From Planctomycetota bacterium (GTDB lineage: Bacteria; Planctomycetota; UBA8108; SXIK01), in assembly GCA_965223265.1 (NCBI GenBank), contig OZ244999.1, positions 4,000,001-4,064,000 of the forward strand: a stretch of DNA of 64,000 bases, written 5' to 3'. Below, in pieces: positions 54,720-64,000 of this stretch; position 1 is the stretch's first letter; each line of letters begins with the position of its first letter. The translations under genes and the position numbers were made by a program. The notes beneath the pieces were generated by a model that was not told the DNA's origin, did not search any database, and was given only the letters and a program-made list of their open reading frames with translations.

Positions 54720-57700
54720 GCTGCTCCCTCGACGATTTCACTCTCCGAGGAACGAGAGGCTCGTGCCAGCAGCGAGTAGACGACGGGGATCACCACGAGC
54801 GTCAGAAGCGTCGATCCGATCAACCCAGCCATCACGGTGACTGCCAGCGGCAGGCGGATTTCACCGCCGGCGTTACGCCCAAGAAAGTCTGCAAGGATCG
54901 GCCAGTTATTGAAAATTCCGGTCAGCGGCAAGAGGCCCAGCATCGTGGTCAGCGTCGTCATCAAGATCGGCCGCGCACGCAAGAGCGCCCCCTCAACGAT
55001 TGCTTCGGTGGGATCGTGCCCGGCACGGACAGATCGATGAATTCGGTCGACCAAAACAATCGCGTTGTTCACGACGATTCCCGAAAGCACGATCAATCCG
55101 ATCATGGTCACAATGTTGAGCGTCAATCCCAGAAACGACAGGACGGGACTGACGCTCAACATGCCGAGCGGAACCGTACAAATGATCACCAGCGGTAACA
55201 TCAGAGACTCGAATTGAACCGCCAGCACGACGTATACAAGGAAGACGGCGAGCACGAGCGCGCGAAAAAGTGCAGCCCTGGACGCCTCCATCTCCTCCTT
55301 TTGACCGCTGAAGCCAACACCGAAGCCAGGCTCTCGTTCGATGCCGCGCACCGCTTCCGCAATTTGCTCCACCGCGGCACCGAGGTTGATTCCTCGCAAG
55401 TTCGCGCTGATGATGCCGGCTCGCTGCTGATCGACACGACGGATTTCCGACGGCCCCTCTCGCAACGTAATCTCGGCGATGTCGGCGAGACGGTACGGCC
55501 TCGATGCATCCGCATGCACGATGAGCTCTTCGAGCTGCTCTACGGTTTGCCGGTCGTCTTCCCGCAGACGAACGCGCATGCCGATCTTACGGTCGCCCGA
55601 GGAAAAGAACGTTGGCACCTCGCCTTCGAGTTTTCGTCGTAGACGCTGCCCAACCTCCGCGACGGTCAGACCGTGCCGGCTCATGAGGTCGCGGTCAAGC
55701 TTCAAGTGCACCTCGGGATAGCCGCTGGCGAGGTGCGTCCGAACGTCCTTCAGCTGACGAATGCCCCGCAGGCGCTCTTCGATCACCGTCGTCAATCGCC
55801 TCAACTCGCTAAGGTCGTACCCTCGCACCTCGACTTCGATCGGCGTTCGGAACGAAAACAGTACCGGCGGCTCGAAGCGCACCGACGAGAGGTGAGACTC
55901 CGATGACAAAAGGCGCCGCAGAGCGGCCTTGACTTCGTCTTCAGCAACTTCAGCGTTTGGTCCCGCCTTGAGACGCACTGCGAAGCGCGCCGTGTGCGGC
56001 CCTTCGTCTCCAGACTGAACATCCTCTCTCTCAACGCCGATCGTCGCGGTCAACGTCTCGATTCTGCCGAGAGCCTCAAATCCATCGCCGCCAGAGGCTT
56101 CCAGAGCGGCGCCCGGTCGATCCACCCCATCTGCACGATCGATCCCGCGGGGCGCTGCCGTCGCTCCGCCCGCAGCCCCTACGGCGGCGCCAGCATGCTT
56201 CAGACGCAGTGACTCGATTCTCCTTTCAAGGGGCATGAGGATTTCTGACGCACGCTCGATGCGCGTCCCGATGGGCAGTCGCAGTTCGACGCTGAATTCG
56301 CCCTGATGCACCTCCGGAATCAACTCCGCCCCCAAGAGTCGAAAGAAATGCCAAGCCATGAGAACGCACACGAACACGACAGCGAGACAGTAACTGCGAT
56401 GCGCGAGGCAGGCGCGAAGGAGCTGCTCGTACCGTCTTCGGGCGACGTGTGAAACGTCTGCGAAGACGCGTCCGAGACCAACGCCGGCAAAGCGAAACGG
56501 CCAGCCAACAATCCTCACAGCCGCCATGACCAGCCGTGTGATGCCATAGAGCAAATAGACCCATAGAAGTCTCAGCAACTCGAAGACGATCGAGATCAAA
56601 GACACCGCGACAACGAATACGCTCCCGACGAACACAATCCAGACACTGAAGCAGCGAACGATCATGCCCTGGCGTCGCCAACACGCCTCGACCAGTGCGT
56701 CGATTCGATTCCGAAAGAGGATGACGAGCTCGCGGCGGAATCGGAAGAGTCTCCGCGTCTCGTCGTTAGCCTGGAGAATCCGTTCGCGGCCGACAACAGC
56801 AGGAATCAGAAAGAGGGCAACGATAAGCGACGCGAAGAGAGAAAAGACGACCGCCAACGCTTGATCTCGGAACACCTGGCCGGCCACTCCCTCCACGAAG
56901 ACGATCGGGAAGAAGACGGCGACCGTGGTCAACGTTGAAGCTGTCACCGCACTGGCCACCTCGCGCGCGCCTCGCACGGCAGCAGCGCCCACTCCATCGC
57001 CCTCTTCGCGGCAACGAAAGATACTCTCGAGTACCACAATCGAGTTGTCGACCAACATGCCGATGCCAAGCGCCAGGCCACCGAGCGACATCATGTTCAC
57101 CGACACGTCAAACAGGTAAAAACCGATGAACGTCGCAACCACTGACACCGGAATCGACAGACCGATGGCAACGGTGAACCACATCTTTCGCAGGAAAAGA
57201 AGGAGCACGCCAACTGCAAGAAAAGCGCCAACCACAGCGCTGCGGCGCAAGTCCTCCAGGGCATCAACGATGAAAACGGACTGGTCTGACATGACCACGA
57301 TCTCGACGTCGTCGGGCAACCGAGCGGCCAGAAAATTTGGATGCGCCCCGCGTCTGCTCGGATCCCCTCCAGACGACTCCGAAGCCTCCGACACGGACTC
57401 GCCTGGGTCGTCACGACTCCGAGCGCGCTCGGTCTTCCACCGCCGCTGCTGAGCAGCCGTGCCGTAGACGGCATTGCGCACCCGCATCGCCACATCCACA
57501 AGGTTCGCATCCGCCTCTTTGAATACGGCGATCTTAACGCACGGTCGACCGTTGATGCGTGTGATGACATCGGGTTCCTCGTATGACGATGTCACCGAGG
57601 CAACATCGAGCAAGCGCACAGGAACTGCTCCCTCACGCCTCAAGATGATGTCACGAATCTCGTCTATGCTCTCAAACTCGTTGACGGTGCGCACGACCAG

Positions 57701-58465
57701 CGAACGATCGGCGTTATAGAGCATACCGCTGGGTTGATTCAGGTTCTCCTGGGCCAAACGTTCGTTGATCAGTGCCATATCGACACCGAACTGCCGCAAG
57801 CGCCCCTCGTCGACGTCGATGCGAAACTCACGTTCAAGTCCGCCAAGCACTTGCACCGCAGCGACCTCGTCGGCTTTTTCCAGCTCGCGCTCGACATGAT
57901 CTTCGGCCAGCAATCGCAGATCGATCATCTCCTGGTCAAGTCCGTCGCCGGACTCAACACGACGCAGCAGTCCAAGCTGCAAGATCGGATCAAGCGTCGG
58001 GTCGTAGCGCAAAATCGTCGGCTTGACGACTTCGTCTGGGAGAACGACCTGCTCGAGGCGTTCTCGCACATCCATGACAGCTAAACTCATGTCGGTCTTC
58101 CACGCGAGCTCGAGAATCACGTCGGAGGCTTCCGCGCGCGAAATCGAGCTGATCTTACGCAGTCCGCGCACTTGAGCCAGCGCCTCCTCGAGACGTCGTG
58201 TCACACGCGTTTCGACCTCGAGGGGCGACGCACCCGGATATCTCGTGCGCACGGTGACGCTCGGGTAAGAGATGTCGGGCATCAAGTTGCGGGGCAGGCG
58301 TCGAAAGGAAAGTGCGCCGAAGAGAACGATCGCCATGACGATCATGATCACGGCAACCGGTCGACGCGTTGCAAGCGCAATGAGCCCGGGAGTGTTGCTG
58401 GCGGCGCCGTGTCGGCGAGGAGCAAATTCACCGGCAGCTGCGCCGTCTCGCGACCCGCGACTCAC
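54716..58465 (-). CDS. RND efflux permease (AcrB/MdtB-like), subunit 1
   Basis: RRPVAV, PDISYPSVTVRT.YPGASP.EVE, GMLVDNSIVVLE, RARPILMTTLTT.LGLLPL. Confidence 0.92.
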   Translation of the reverse strand: MSRGSRDGAAAGEFAPRRHGAASNTPGLIALATRRPVAVIMIVMAIVLFGALSFRRLPRNLMPDISYPSVTVRTRYPGASPLEVETRVTRRLEEALAQVRGLRKISSISRAEASDVILELAWKTDMSLAVMDVRERLEQVVLPDEVVKPTILRYDPTLDPILQLGLLRRVESGDGLDQEMIDLRLLAEDHVERELEKADEVAAVQVLGGLEREFRIDVDEGRLRQFGVDMALINERLAQENLNQPSGMLYNADRSLVVRTVNEFESIDEIRDIILRREGAVPVRLLDVASVTSSYEEPDVITRINGRPCVKIAVFKEADANLVDVAMRVRNAVYGTAAQQRRWKTERARSRDDPGESVSEASESSGGDPSRRGAHPNFLAARLPDDVEIVVMSDQSVFIVDALEDLRRSAVVGAFLAVGVLLLFLRKMWFTVAIGLSIPVSVVATFIGFYLFDVSVNMMSLGGLALGIGMLVDNSIVVLESIFRCREEGDGVGAAAVRGAREVASAVTASTLTTVAVFFPIVFVEGVAGQVFRDQALAVVFSLFASLIVALFLIPAVVGRERILQANDETRRLFRFRRELVILFRNRIDALVEACWRRQGMIVRCFSVWIVFVGSVFVVAVSLISIVFELLRLLWVYLLYGITRLVMAAVRIVGWPFRFAGVGLGRVFADVSHVARRRYEQLLRACLAHRSYCLAVVFVCVLMAWHFFRLLGAELIPEVHQGEFSVELRLPIGTRIERASEILMPLERRIESLRLKHAGAAVGAAGGATAAPRGIDRADGVDRPGAALEASGGDGFEALGRIETLTATIGVEREDVQSGDEGPHTARFAVRLKAGPNAEVAEDEVKAALRRLLSSESHLSSVRFEPPVLFSFRTPIEVEVRGYDLSELRRLTTVIEERLRGIRQLKDVRTHLASGYPEVHLKLDRDLMSRHGLTVAEVGQRLRRKLEGEVPTFFSSGDRKIGMRVRLREDDRQTVEQLEELIVHADASRPYRLADIAEITLREGPSEIRRVDQQRAGIISANLRGINLGAAVEQIAEAVRGIEREPGFGVGFSGQKEEMEASRAALFRALVLAVFLVYVVLAVQFESLMLPLVIICTVPLGMLSVSPVLSFLGLTLNIVTMIGLIVLSGIVVNNAIVLVDRIHRSVRAGHDPTEAIVEGALLRARPILMTTLTTMLGLLPLTGIFNNWPILADFLGRNAGGEIRLPLAVTVMAGLIGSTLLTLVVIPVVYSLLARASRSSESEIVEGAA

Positions 58466-59826
58466 GGCTCGATCTCGACGGCAGCCCCATCCTCCAGCCG
58501 GTCGTGGCCCACAAGCACAAGCCGCCCAGCTGAGGTCTCGCGCTTCACACCGTCCGAATCAAAGAGCGCGACAACTTCGACAACATCTCGTCGAGGAATC
58601 CCCTCTTGGAGGCGGTAGAGCCATGCCCTGCCTTCCCGCACGAGGAACACAGTCGGCTCCTGGCCGCGGTATGAAATCGCTTTCTTGGGGACGAGGACGA
58701 CGCCGCTACGCGTCTCCAGAACGATCTCGCCTGAGACGAACATTCCCGGCTTCAAAAAGTCGGAAGTGTCCTCGATGAAGACTAGCACTTCGATCGTCCC
58801 TCGATCCTTATCAACGACGGGGTTGACGAATTCGATCGTGCTCCGAAACTCACGCTCCGGGAACACCTCAGAGCGAAGGACAACGGGGAGCCTCGAGCGA
58901 ATCCTGCCGAGTTCGCGCTGCGGTACGTAGAGACGCGCCTGCAGCCGCGACGGTTCCACAACTGAGAAGACTTTCGTTGAGCTGGAGACGAGCTCTCCGG
59001 GCTTAACCCTTAAGTAACTCACGACTCCGTCGATCGGTGAGCGCAGAAAAGTTTGCGAAAGACGGTACTCGGCCTTGCGTAGAGCGACCCTTTGTAGCCG
59101 CTCGTTCTCGACTGCCTGCGCATGTTCCAAAGAGTACTTCTCACCTTGGAGCGCGGCGGTTTGCTCGTCGATCAGTGCCTGATCAAGATCGTACTTTTTG
59201 GCATCGAGCTCTTCCTCAGAGACCACACCTGAGTTCGCAGCAGCGAGCTTCTGGAATCTCTCGTATTCGGCCCTAGCCTTTGCCACCAGCAGCTGTCGTT
59301 GTTCGCGAATCTTCGCTCCCTCCTGCCTCGCCACAGTCGCCTGATCAACGCTGATCTCCGCCTGCCGTGCGAGAATGCGCTCGTTCTCGACGCTTAGCTT
59401 CAGCTCAGCGTCGATCATTTGAACGATCAGGTCGCCGGCGCGGACAGCGTCACCTTCGCGCTTTGAAACGTCGGCGACCACACCTGAGATCTCCGGGTAG
59501 ACATCGGCTTCAAAGCGCGCCTCGAGGTCGGCTGCAACGGGGAGTCGATCCTCGACATCTCCACGCTGAAATTCGCCCAGCCGCACAAGAATCGGTTGAG
59601 TACTGGTCGCCTGCGTCGTCGGCTCTGCCTCAGCACGCGGCTCACTATCTGGCCTACACCCTGCAGCGGCGGCGATGAGAATCGCATAGCCAACGCCCCC
59701 GAGAAGGCTCGCAGGAAGCATCAACGCACGGCAGCGCCACCGCCCAAGGCTCAGGGACGACTTGGTGGCCGGCTCAATCGTCGCTAGTGGCGTGCCATAC
59801 GCCGAGTCGAAGACGTTTCTTGTCAT
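58462..59826 (-). CDS. RND periplasmic adaptor (membrane fusion protein)
   Basis: VYPEISGVV...EGDAV..GD, LRSPIDGVV, LKPGMFV; first gene of the RND operon. Confidence 0.9.
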   Translation of the reverse strand: MTRNVFDSAYGTPLATIEPATKSSLSLGRWRCRALMLPASLLGGVGYAILIAAAAGCRPDSEPRAEAEPTTQATSTQPILVRLGEFQRGDVEDRLPVAADLEARFEADVYPEISGVVADVSKREGDAVRAGDLIVQMIDAELKLSVENERILARQAEISVDQATVARQEGAKIREQRQLLVAKARAEYERFQKLAAANSGVVSEEELDAKKYDLDQALIDEQTAALQGEKYSLEHAQAVENERLQRVALRKAEYRLSQTFLRSPIDGVVSYLRVKPGELVSSSTKVFSVVEPSRLQARLYVPQRELGRIRSRLPVVLRSEVFPEREFRSTIEFVNPVVDKDRGTIEVLVFIEDTSDFLKPGMFVSGEIVLETRSGVVLVPKKAISYRGQEPTVFLVREGRAWLYRLQEGIPRRDVVEVVALFDSDGVKRETSAGRLVLVGHDRLEDGAAVEIEP

Positions 59827-60058
59827 CTTTCGTTTCTTGCAGACGCTCGGGTTCCAACACTGCGGGCGACGACGAGAACCTTTGCGTGTGCCGATCAGCG
59901 CGCTCGAGCGAGTTTGCGACCTCGTCGCAGTGTCCGCGAACGATTCTGCCGACTCGCACCATGCGCTGCGCCATACTCGCTCGCCACTTCTACAACACCA
60001 ATTCTTTGAAGTCGTGTTTTGCGCGACGATCTTTCGAGGAAACGGCGTCAGCTGTCAG

Positions 60059-60895
60059 TCAAAACTGCATCTGAAGGAGATCCCCGATCTGCTGCTTCAA
60101 GCGATCGAAACGCGTCTCGTCGAGATGAGGATGAGCTACGGCGTGCACGCGCTCTGGATCCTTGCGTTCGGCAAGAAGCAAAGTTTCCTTGCCATCGCGG
60201 TTCACCGTGCTCTGAATCGTTAAGTATTTCTTACGGATCAAGAGAAGAGCGAGAAAAAACTTGAGCTCCATGGCCTCCGTGGCATCGATGCGCGCGAGAT
60301 CTTGTGCTGCGGTCGCCTCGGATTGTCCCTCTTCAACGACCGCGTCGCCATCGCCGCCGGACTCGTTCGTCGCGGCGCCCGCGTCGCCGGCAGCGGCCGA
60401 TGTTGGGGAGGCAGGAACGCCTGCATCATCCGACGGTTCGACGCTCGCCCGCGACCCCGAAGCCGCGCCTTCGACGGGAGGGTCAACGCTGCCGTCTGAA
60501 GCCGAGCCGCGAGCGTCCGCACGGTTCTCATCCCGCACCACGTCGTCCGTGGAAAGATCTAGAGCCTCACCATCCGAACTCGCAGCGTCTTCACGCTCAG
60601 CGAGACGACGAAAGATTTGGAGAATCAATTCGGGATCGAATCGCAGTCTGCGCGGCGCGGCCTGGGGTTGAGGACGCCGGCTACGCCAAAACGCGAACAA
60701 CTTCGCAGCTTCATCGCTGCCGCCCGAAACGCTTGGCCAACATTTGACGCAGTAGTTTTCCCGCCGAAACAGCTCCTCGGATTCGAGAACTGCGGAGTAA
60801 AAGGCGGTCTCCGGCTGAATCTCTCCTTCACATTTGAGGCAGCGATAGTCGGATGCTTCGATGGAGTACTTCGGTTCGTTGAACGCCGTAGCCAT
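60059..60895 (-). CDS. hypothetical protein with two CxxC pairs and an acidic low-complexity insert
   Basis: CLKC...CVKCW, FAFWRSR, FFLALLLIRKK.L; GAGGA RBS. Confidence 0.7.
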   Translation of the reverse strand: MATAFNEPKYSIEASDYRCLKCEGEIQPETAFYSAVLESEELFRRENYCVKCWPSVSGGSDEAAKLFAFWRSRRPQPQAAPRRLRFDPELILQIFRRLAEREDAASSDGEALDLSTDDVVRDENRADARGSASDGSVDPPVEGAASGSRASVEPSDDAGVPASPTSAAAGDAGAATNESGGDGDAVVEEGQSEATAAQDLARIDATEAMELKFFLALLLIRKKYLTIQSTVNRDGKETLLLAERKDPERVHAVAHPHLDETRFDRLKQQIGDLLQMQF

Positions 60896-61397
60896 AGATT
60901 CCTCTGTCAGCAAGGCTCGCCGGCACATACGCCGCGATGCTCGCCGCTCTTCCTTCTCTCCTTCGCACTATCGTACGTGTCTTTGCGCGGCCGTTCGTGG
61001 TTCGCCCGCCCGCGCGTACAAGGTTCGATCTGCGCGTCAACTCGCACTCCGACTGGGTCGGAAGAGGAGAGTTTAGAGTGGCGCCCGCCTGAACGCAATC
61101 CTCGGGAAAAGCGTCTGGCAGCCGAAATCCGAATCTTCACCCCGAATCGAGCGAGGCAGAGCAGGCAATCTCCGACATTTTCGTTTCGACACAGTCGCGC
61201 ACGGCAGGACCAAGCGCTGCGCACCCTGGCTGCTCAGTCCGACCTCGCAGTCTGGCCGCGTAGTTCGACCCGCTGGCGACAGTGCCGCCCTTGTCAGTCG
61301 ACGGGGTCTCGGCTACTGTTCCCTGCAATGAGAGTGACGCGTCAAGAGGCGCAAGTCGCCCATTTCGAGTCATGGTTGGCGCCGCAGGGTCACCATC

Positions 61398-62174
61398 ATG
61401 GAAAAACCAGGAAGACTTGAAAAACTAACACCTGAGATCAAAGATCGCCTGCAGCGCAACTTGGAAGCTTGCCGCCAAGAGATTGCAGCGGCTGCGGTCG
61501 ACGCGGCGCGCGCGCCAGAGGAGGTGACACTGCTTCCGGTGACGAAGTACGCCCCACCGATCGTTCTCCGTCACCTCCATGCGCTCGGGCTTCGGCGCTT
61601 CGGTGAGAACCGGGTCCAGCGACTTGTCACGGTTGCGCGCGAGCTCGCCGACCTGCCAGAGATTCAGTGGGACTTCATCGGACACCTCCAGCGCAACAAG
61701 GTGCGCAAAGCGATCGAACTCTGCGCTTTCATTCAATCCGTAGACTCGCTGCGCGTCGCACAAGAAATTGCTCGGTACGTGCAGGCGTCGGGTTCGGCGC
61801 CCCCTTCCCTCTTTGTTGAAGTCAATCTTTCCAAAGAGAAGAACAAGACGGGACTCCGTGAACAGGAAGTCGACGACGTCGTCAAGTTTCTTTTCGATTC
61901 GAGCGTCTTAAAGGATCGTAACGGTGAGACGGCCTTGAGTGGACTCATGACGATGGCGCCTGCAACGGACGATCAAGACGTCGTCCGCGACTGCTTTCGC
62001 CGGTTGCGTGACCTGCGCGACGAGTACATTCAGCGCGGCCTTCTGCCGGTACAGGCCGAACTTTCCATGGGTATGAGTGTAGACTTCGCGGCGGCCATCG
62101 CTGAAGGTGCAACTGTCGTCCGCATCGGCCGCCGACTTTTCGAAGGCGTTCTGTTTGACGATGCCGACGGGTAA
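61398..62174 (+). CDS. yggS: PLP homeostasis protein (YggS/PLPBP)
   Basis: PVTKY, FGENRVQ, FIGHLQRNK, QSVDS, GLMTMAP, LSMGMS.DF..AI.EGAT.VRIG. Confidence 0.95.
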   Translation: MEKPGRLEKLTPEIKDRLQRNLEACRQEIAAAAVDAARAPEEVTLLPVTKYAPPIVLRHLHALGLRRFGENRVQRLVTVARELADLPEIQWDFIGHLQRNKVRKAIELCAFIQSVDSLRVAQEIARYVQASGSAPPSLFVEVNLSKEKNKTGLREQEVDDVVKFLFDSSVLKDRNGETALSGLMTMAPATDDQDVVRDCFRRLRDLRDEYIQRGLLPVQAELSMGMSVDFAAAIAEGATVVRIGRRLFEGVLFDDADG

Positions 62175-62252
62175 CGACACCCGCGGCGCCAACGGAGCAC
62201 CGCGCGGCGGTCAGCTGGAGGTCTTGGCGCACACTTAGCGTTAGGAGCCTAC

Positions 62253-63521
62253 ATGGCCCACATTCGCATCCTGAACGGTTGCCAAGAGAACCAACTCGTC
62301 CCTCTCGGGCCCCCAGGACCCTATCTCTTTGGTCGCGCACTCGAGAACGACTTTCGCCTCCTCGAGCGTCATGTCTCACGACGCCACTTTTCCATCAGCG
62401 TACGTGACGACGGCCACTTCGTCCGCGACCTTAGCAGCTCCACTGGGACGTTCGTCAACGGACAGCGAAACGTCCACGACACCCGACTTCGAGACGGCGA
62501 CAACCTCCAGGCCGGAGGCTGCAAACTCCGCTACGAGGCGTCGCGCGACACGTTGGTCGGACGCAGGCTTGGGGGATACGAGGTTCTCGAGCGCATCGGG
62601 CAAGGGGCCACCGGTACGGTGTATCGTGCTCACCAGCGCAGCCTTGATCGAACCGTAGCTCTCAAAATACTTCGCCCTCATCTTGCAACAAGTCCAGCCG
62701 TTCGGGCGTCGTTTTTACGCGAGGCTCGAGCGGCGGCTGGCCTGTCTCATCCGCACATCGTCAGAGTCTACGATGTCGATTTCGTCAGCGGCTTTCTGTT
62801 CTATTCGATGGAATTCATGGCTCAAGGTAGTGTCGAGGATCTCATCTTTCGCCGCGTCCGACTCGACATGGCAGTGGCTCTGCATCTTTGTGCACAGGCC
62901 GCCGCTGGACTGGAGTACGCCGAGGAAATCGGAGTGATTCACCGTGACATCAAACCGGCGAACCTTCTTCTAGGGGAAGACCACAGCCTGAAGATTGGTG
63001 ATTTGGGAATCGCTACAGCCCTGCCGAAAGCTTCGCCTGTCGGGGTCGAACCACAGCAAAAGGAGATCGTCGGCTCCCCCCAGTACATGCCACCGGAGCA
63101 GATTCTCGGCCGTTCGCTCGATTCCCGGGCAGATCTCTATTCGCTTGGGGTGACGTTCTACGAGATGCTTGTTGGCGCAGCGCCTTTTCGCGGGCGACCA
63201 CGCAAGCAGGTTCTCGCCGCTCAGGTCGAAGAAGAAGTTCCCGCGCTGCAGAAACAAAAAGGGGTCTCAGTGACGCCTGACGTCTCGGCTTTTATAGAGC
63301 GGCTTCTCGCAAAGAGTCCCGACGACCGTCCGCCGAACGCCGCGGCGGCACACAACGAACTCTCTCAGCTTCTGCAGGCCGAAGAGAAGCGACGAAATTC
63401 GCCACAGGCGACTCGCCGAGAGCGCGGCCCGGAGCTCCCGGCTTGGCTACTTGACTGCGTCGCGTTTAGCCTAGCCACACTGCTCGGCGCCTCGCTGACG
63501 CTCGCCCTTCTTCGCCTCTAA
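62253..63521 (+). CDS. FHA-domain Hanks-type Ser/Thr protein kinase with C-terminal TM helix
   Basis: FHA GR...VSRRH...DL.S.TGTFVNG; kinase IGQGATG, VALK, HRDIKPAN, DLG, GSPQYMPPEQ, DLYSLG. Confidence 0.93.
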   Translation: MAHIRILNGCQENQLVPLGPPGPYLFGRALENDFRLLERHVSRRHFSISVRDDGHFVRDLSSSTGTFVNGQRNVHDTRLRDGDNLQAGGCKLRYEASRDTLVGRRLGGYEVLERIGQGATGTVYRAHQRSLDRTVALKILRPHLATSPAVRASFLREARAAAGLSHPHIVRVYDVDFVSGFLFYSMEFMAQGSVEDLIFRRVRLDMAVALHLCAQAAAGLEYAEEIGVIHRDIKPANLLLGEDHSLKIGDLGIATALPKASPVGVEPQQKEIVGSPQYMPPEQILGRSLDSRADLYSLGVTFYEMLVGAAPFRGRPRKQVLAAQVEEEVPALQKQKGVSVTPDVSAFIERLLAKSPDDRPPNAAAAHNELSQLLQAEEKRRNSPQATRRERGPELPAWLLDCVAFSLATLLGASLTLALLRL

Positions 63522-63557
63522 CCGCCTGTTAAGGCGGTGCTTCGCGCCGAAATCTGG
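63522..63557. mobile_element. family A miniature element, degenerate end fragment
   Basis: 28/36 identity (hand alignment) to CAGCCTGTTGAAAAAGTGCTTCGAGCCGAAAACTGG, starting right after the CTAA containing the kinase stop. Confidence 0.5.
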
Positions 63558-63730
63558 GGGCGACGGACACAACGACGATCGACTGCGACACTTCTTTCTC
63601 GTCACACCGACGGCCAGGCTTCGAGGCGGCACCGCCAGGAAAAAACGATAGAATCACGCCTCACGAACGTGTTGAAACGCGGCGCGAAGGACGTTCCCGA
63701 TTGAGTGCGAAGAACCGCCGGGAAGTTGAA

Positions 63731-64000
63731 ATGCACGCAGACGAAAACTATACTTCCTCGGTCGTCGAGGCGACGAAAGGCGGCCTTCTTCTACGGGTTT
63801 ACGCCACGCCGGGCGCATCTCGAAATCAGGTGGTGGGCATCTACAACGGCGCCCTCAAGGTTACGGTGTCGGCCGCCCCGGAAAAAGGAAAGGCAAATCA
63901 AGCGATCTGCAAGTTTTTGGCGGCGCAGCTTGGAGTCAAACGCGCTCAACTCGCGGTCCACTCTGGCGAATCCACGCGCATGAAGCGCATCCGAATCGAC
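63731..64000 (+). CDS. yggU: DUF167 (YggU) family protein, truncated by the window end
   Basis: Hand translation: LLLRVYATPGASRNQVVG..NGALKVTVSAAPEKGKANQA...LAAQLGV...SGESTR.K. Confidence 0.88.
   Translation, partial: MHADENYTSSVVEATKGGLLLRVYATPGASRNQVVGIYNGALKVTVSAAPEKGKANQAICKFLAAQLGVKRAQLAVHSGESTRMKRIRID

Noticed and set aside
63705-63983. 92-aa ORF from the ORF track
   Set aside because: Wrong frame; the real gene is the DUF167 ORF from 63731 that runs off the window.

Overview
GC-rich bacterial chromosome segment, most likely Planctomycetota (inferred from a PSCyt1/DUF1549/DUF1553 cytochrome paired with Tat-exported DUF1501, several cohesin/dockerin-type secreted proteins and a sulfatase). 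It is mostly core or housekeeping DNA: rfbD; a TatD-folE-Nudix-CYTH string; a cytochrome c maturation cluster (ccmE-F-H-I-like-A-B-C-D) whose CcmE is the CxxxY variant; ferredoxin, TPR protein, rpsT, tRNA-Phe; lutABC; tsaD-larB-nnrD-phosphoesterase; rpsD; a heterodimeric ABC exporter; mqnB and mqnD; pgk; a two-RND plus MFP efflux operon; yggS, an FHA Ser/Thr kinase and yggU. No CRISPR array, integrase or transposase was seen. The most unusual signals are non-coding. (i) Two families of palindromic miniature elements sit directly behind stop codons at YTAR sites, two of them in tandem at 42.0-42.4 kb. (ii) A 384-bp in-phase bipartite hexamer array lies at 10.0-10.4 kb. (iii) An 11-codon leader ORF with a hairpin-occluded Shine-Dalgarno, followed by a long hairpin, lies upstream of the ABC exporter. 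All calls come from reading motifs by eye; no database searches or folding programs were run.
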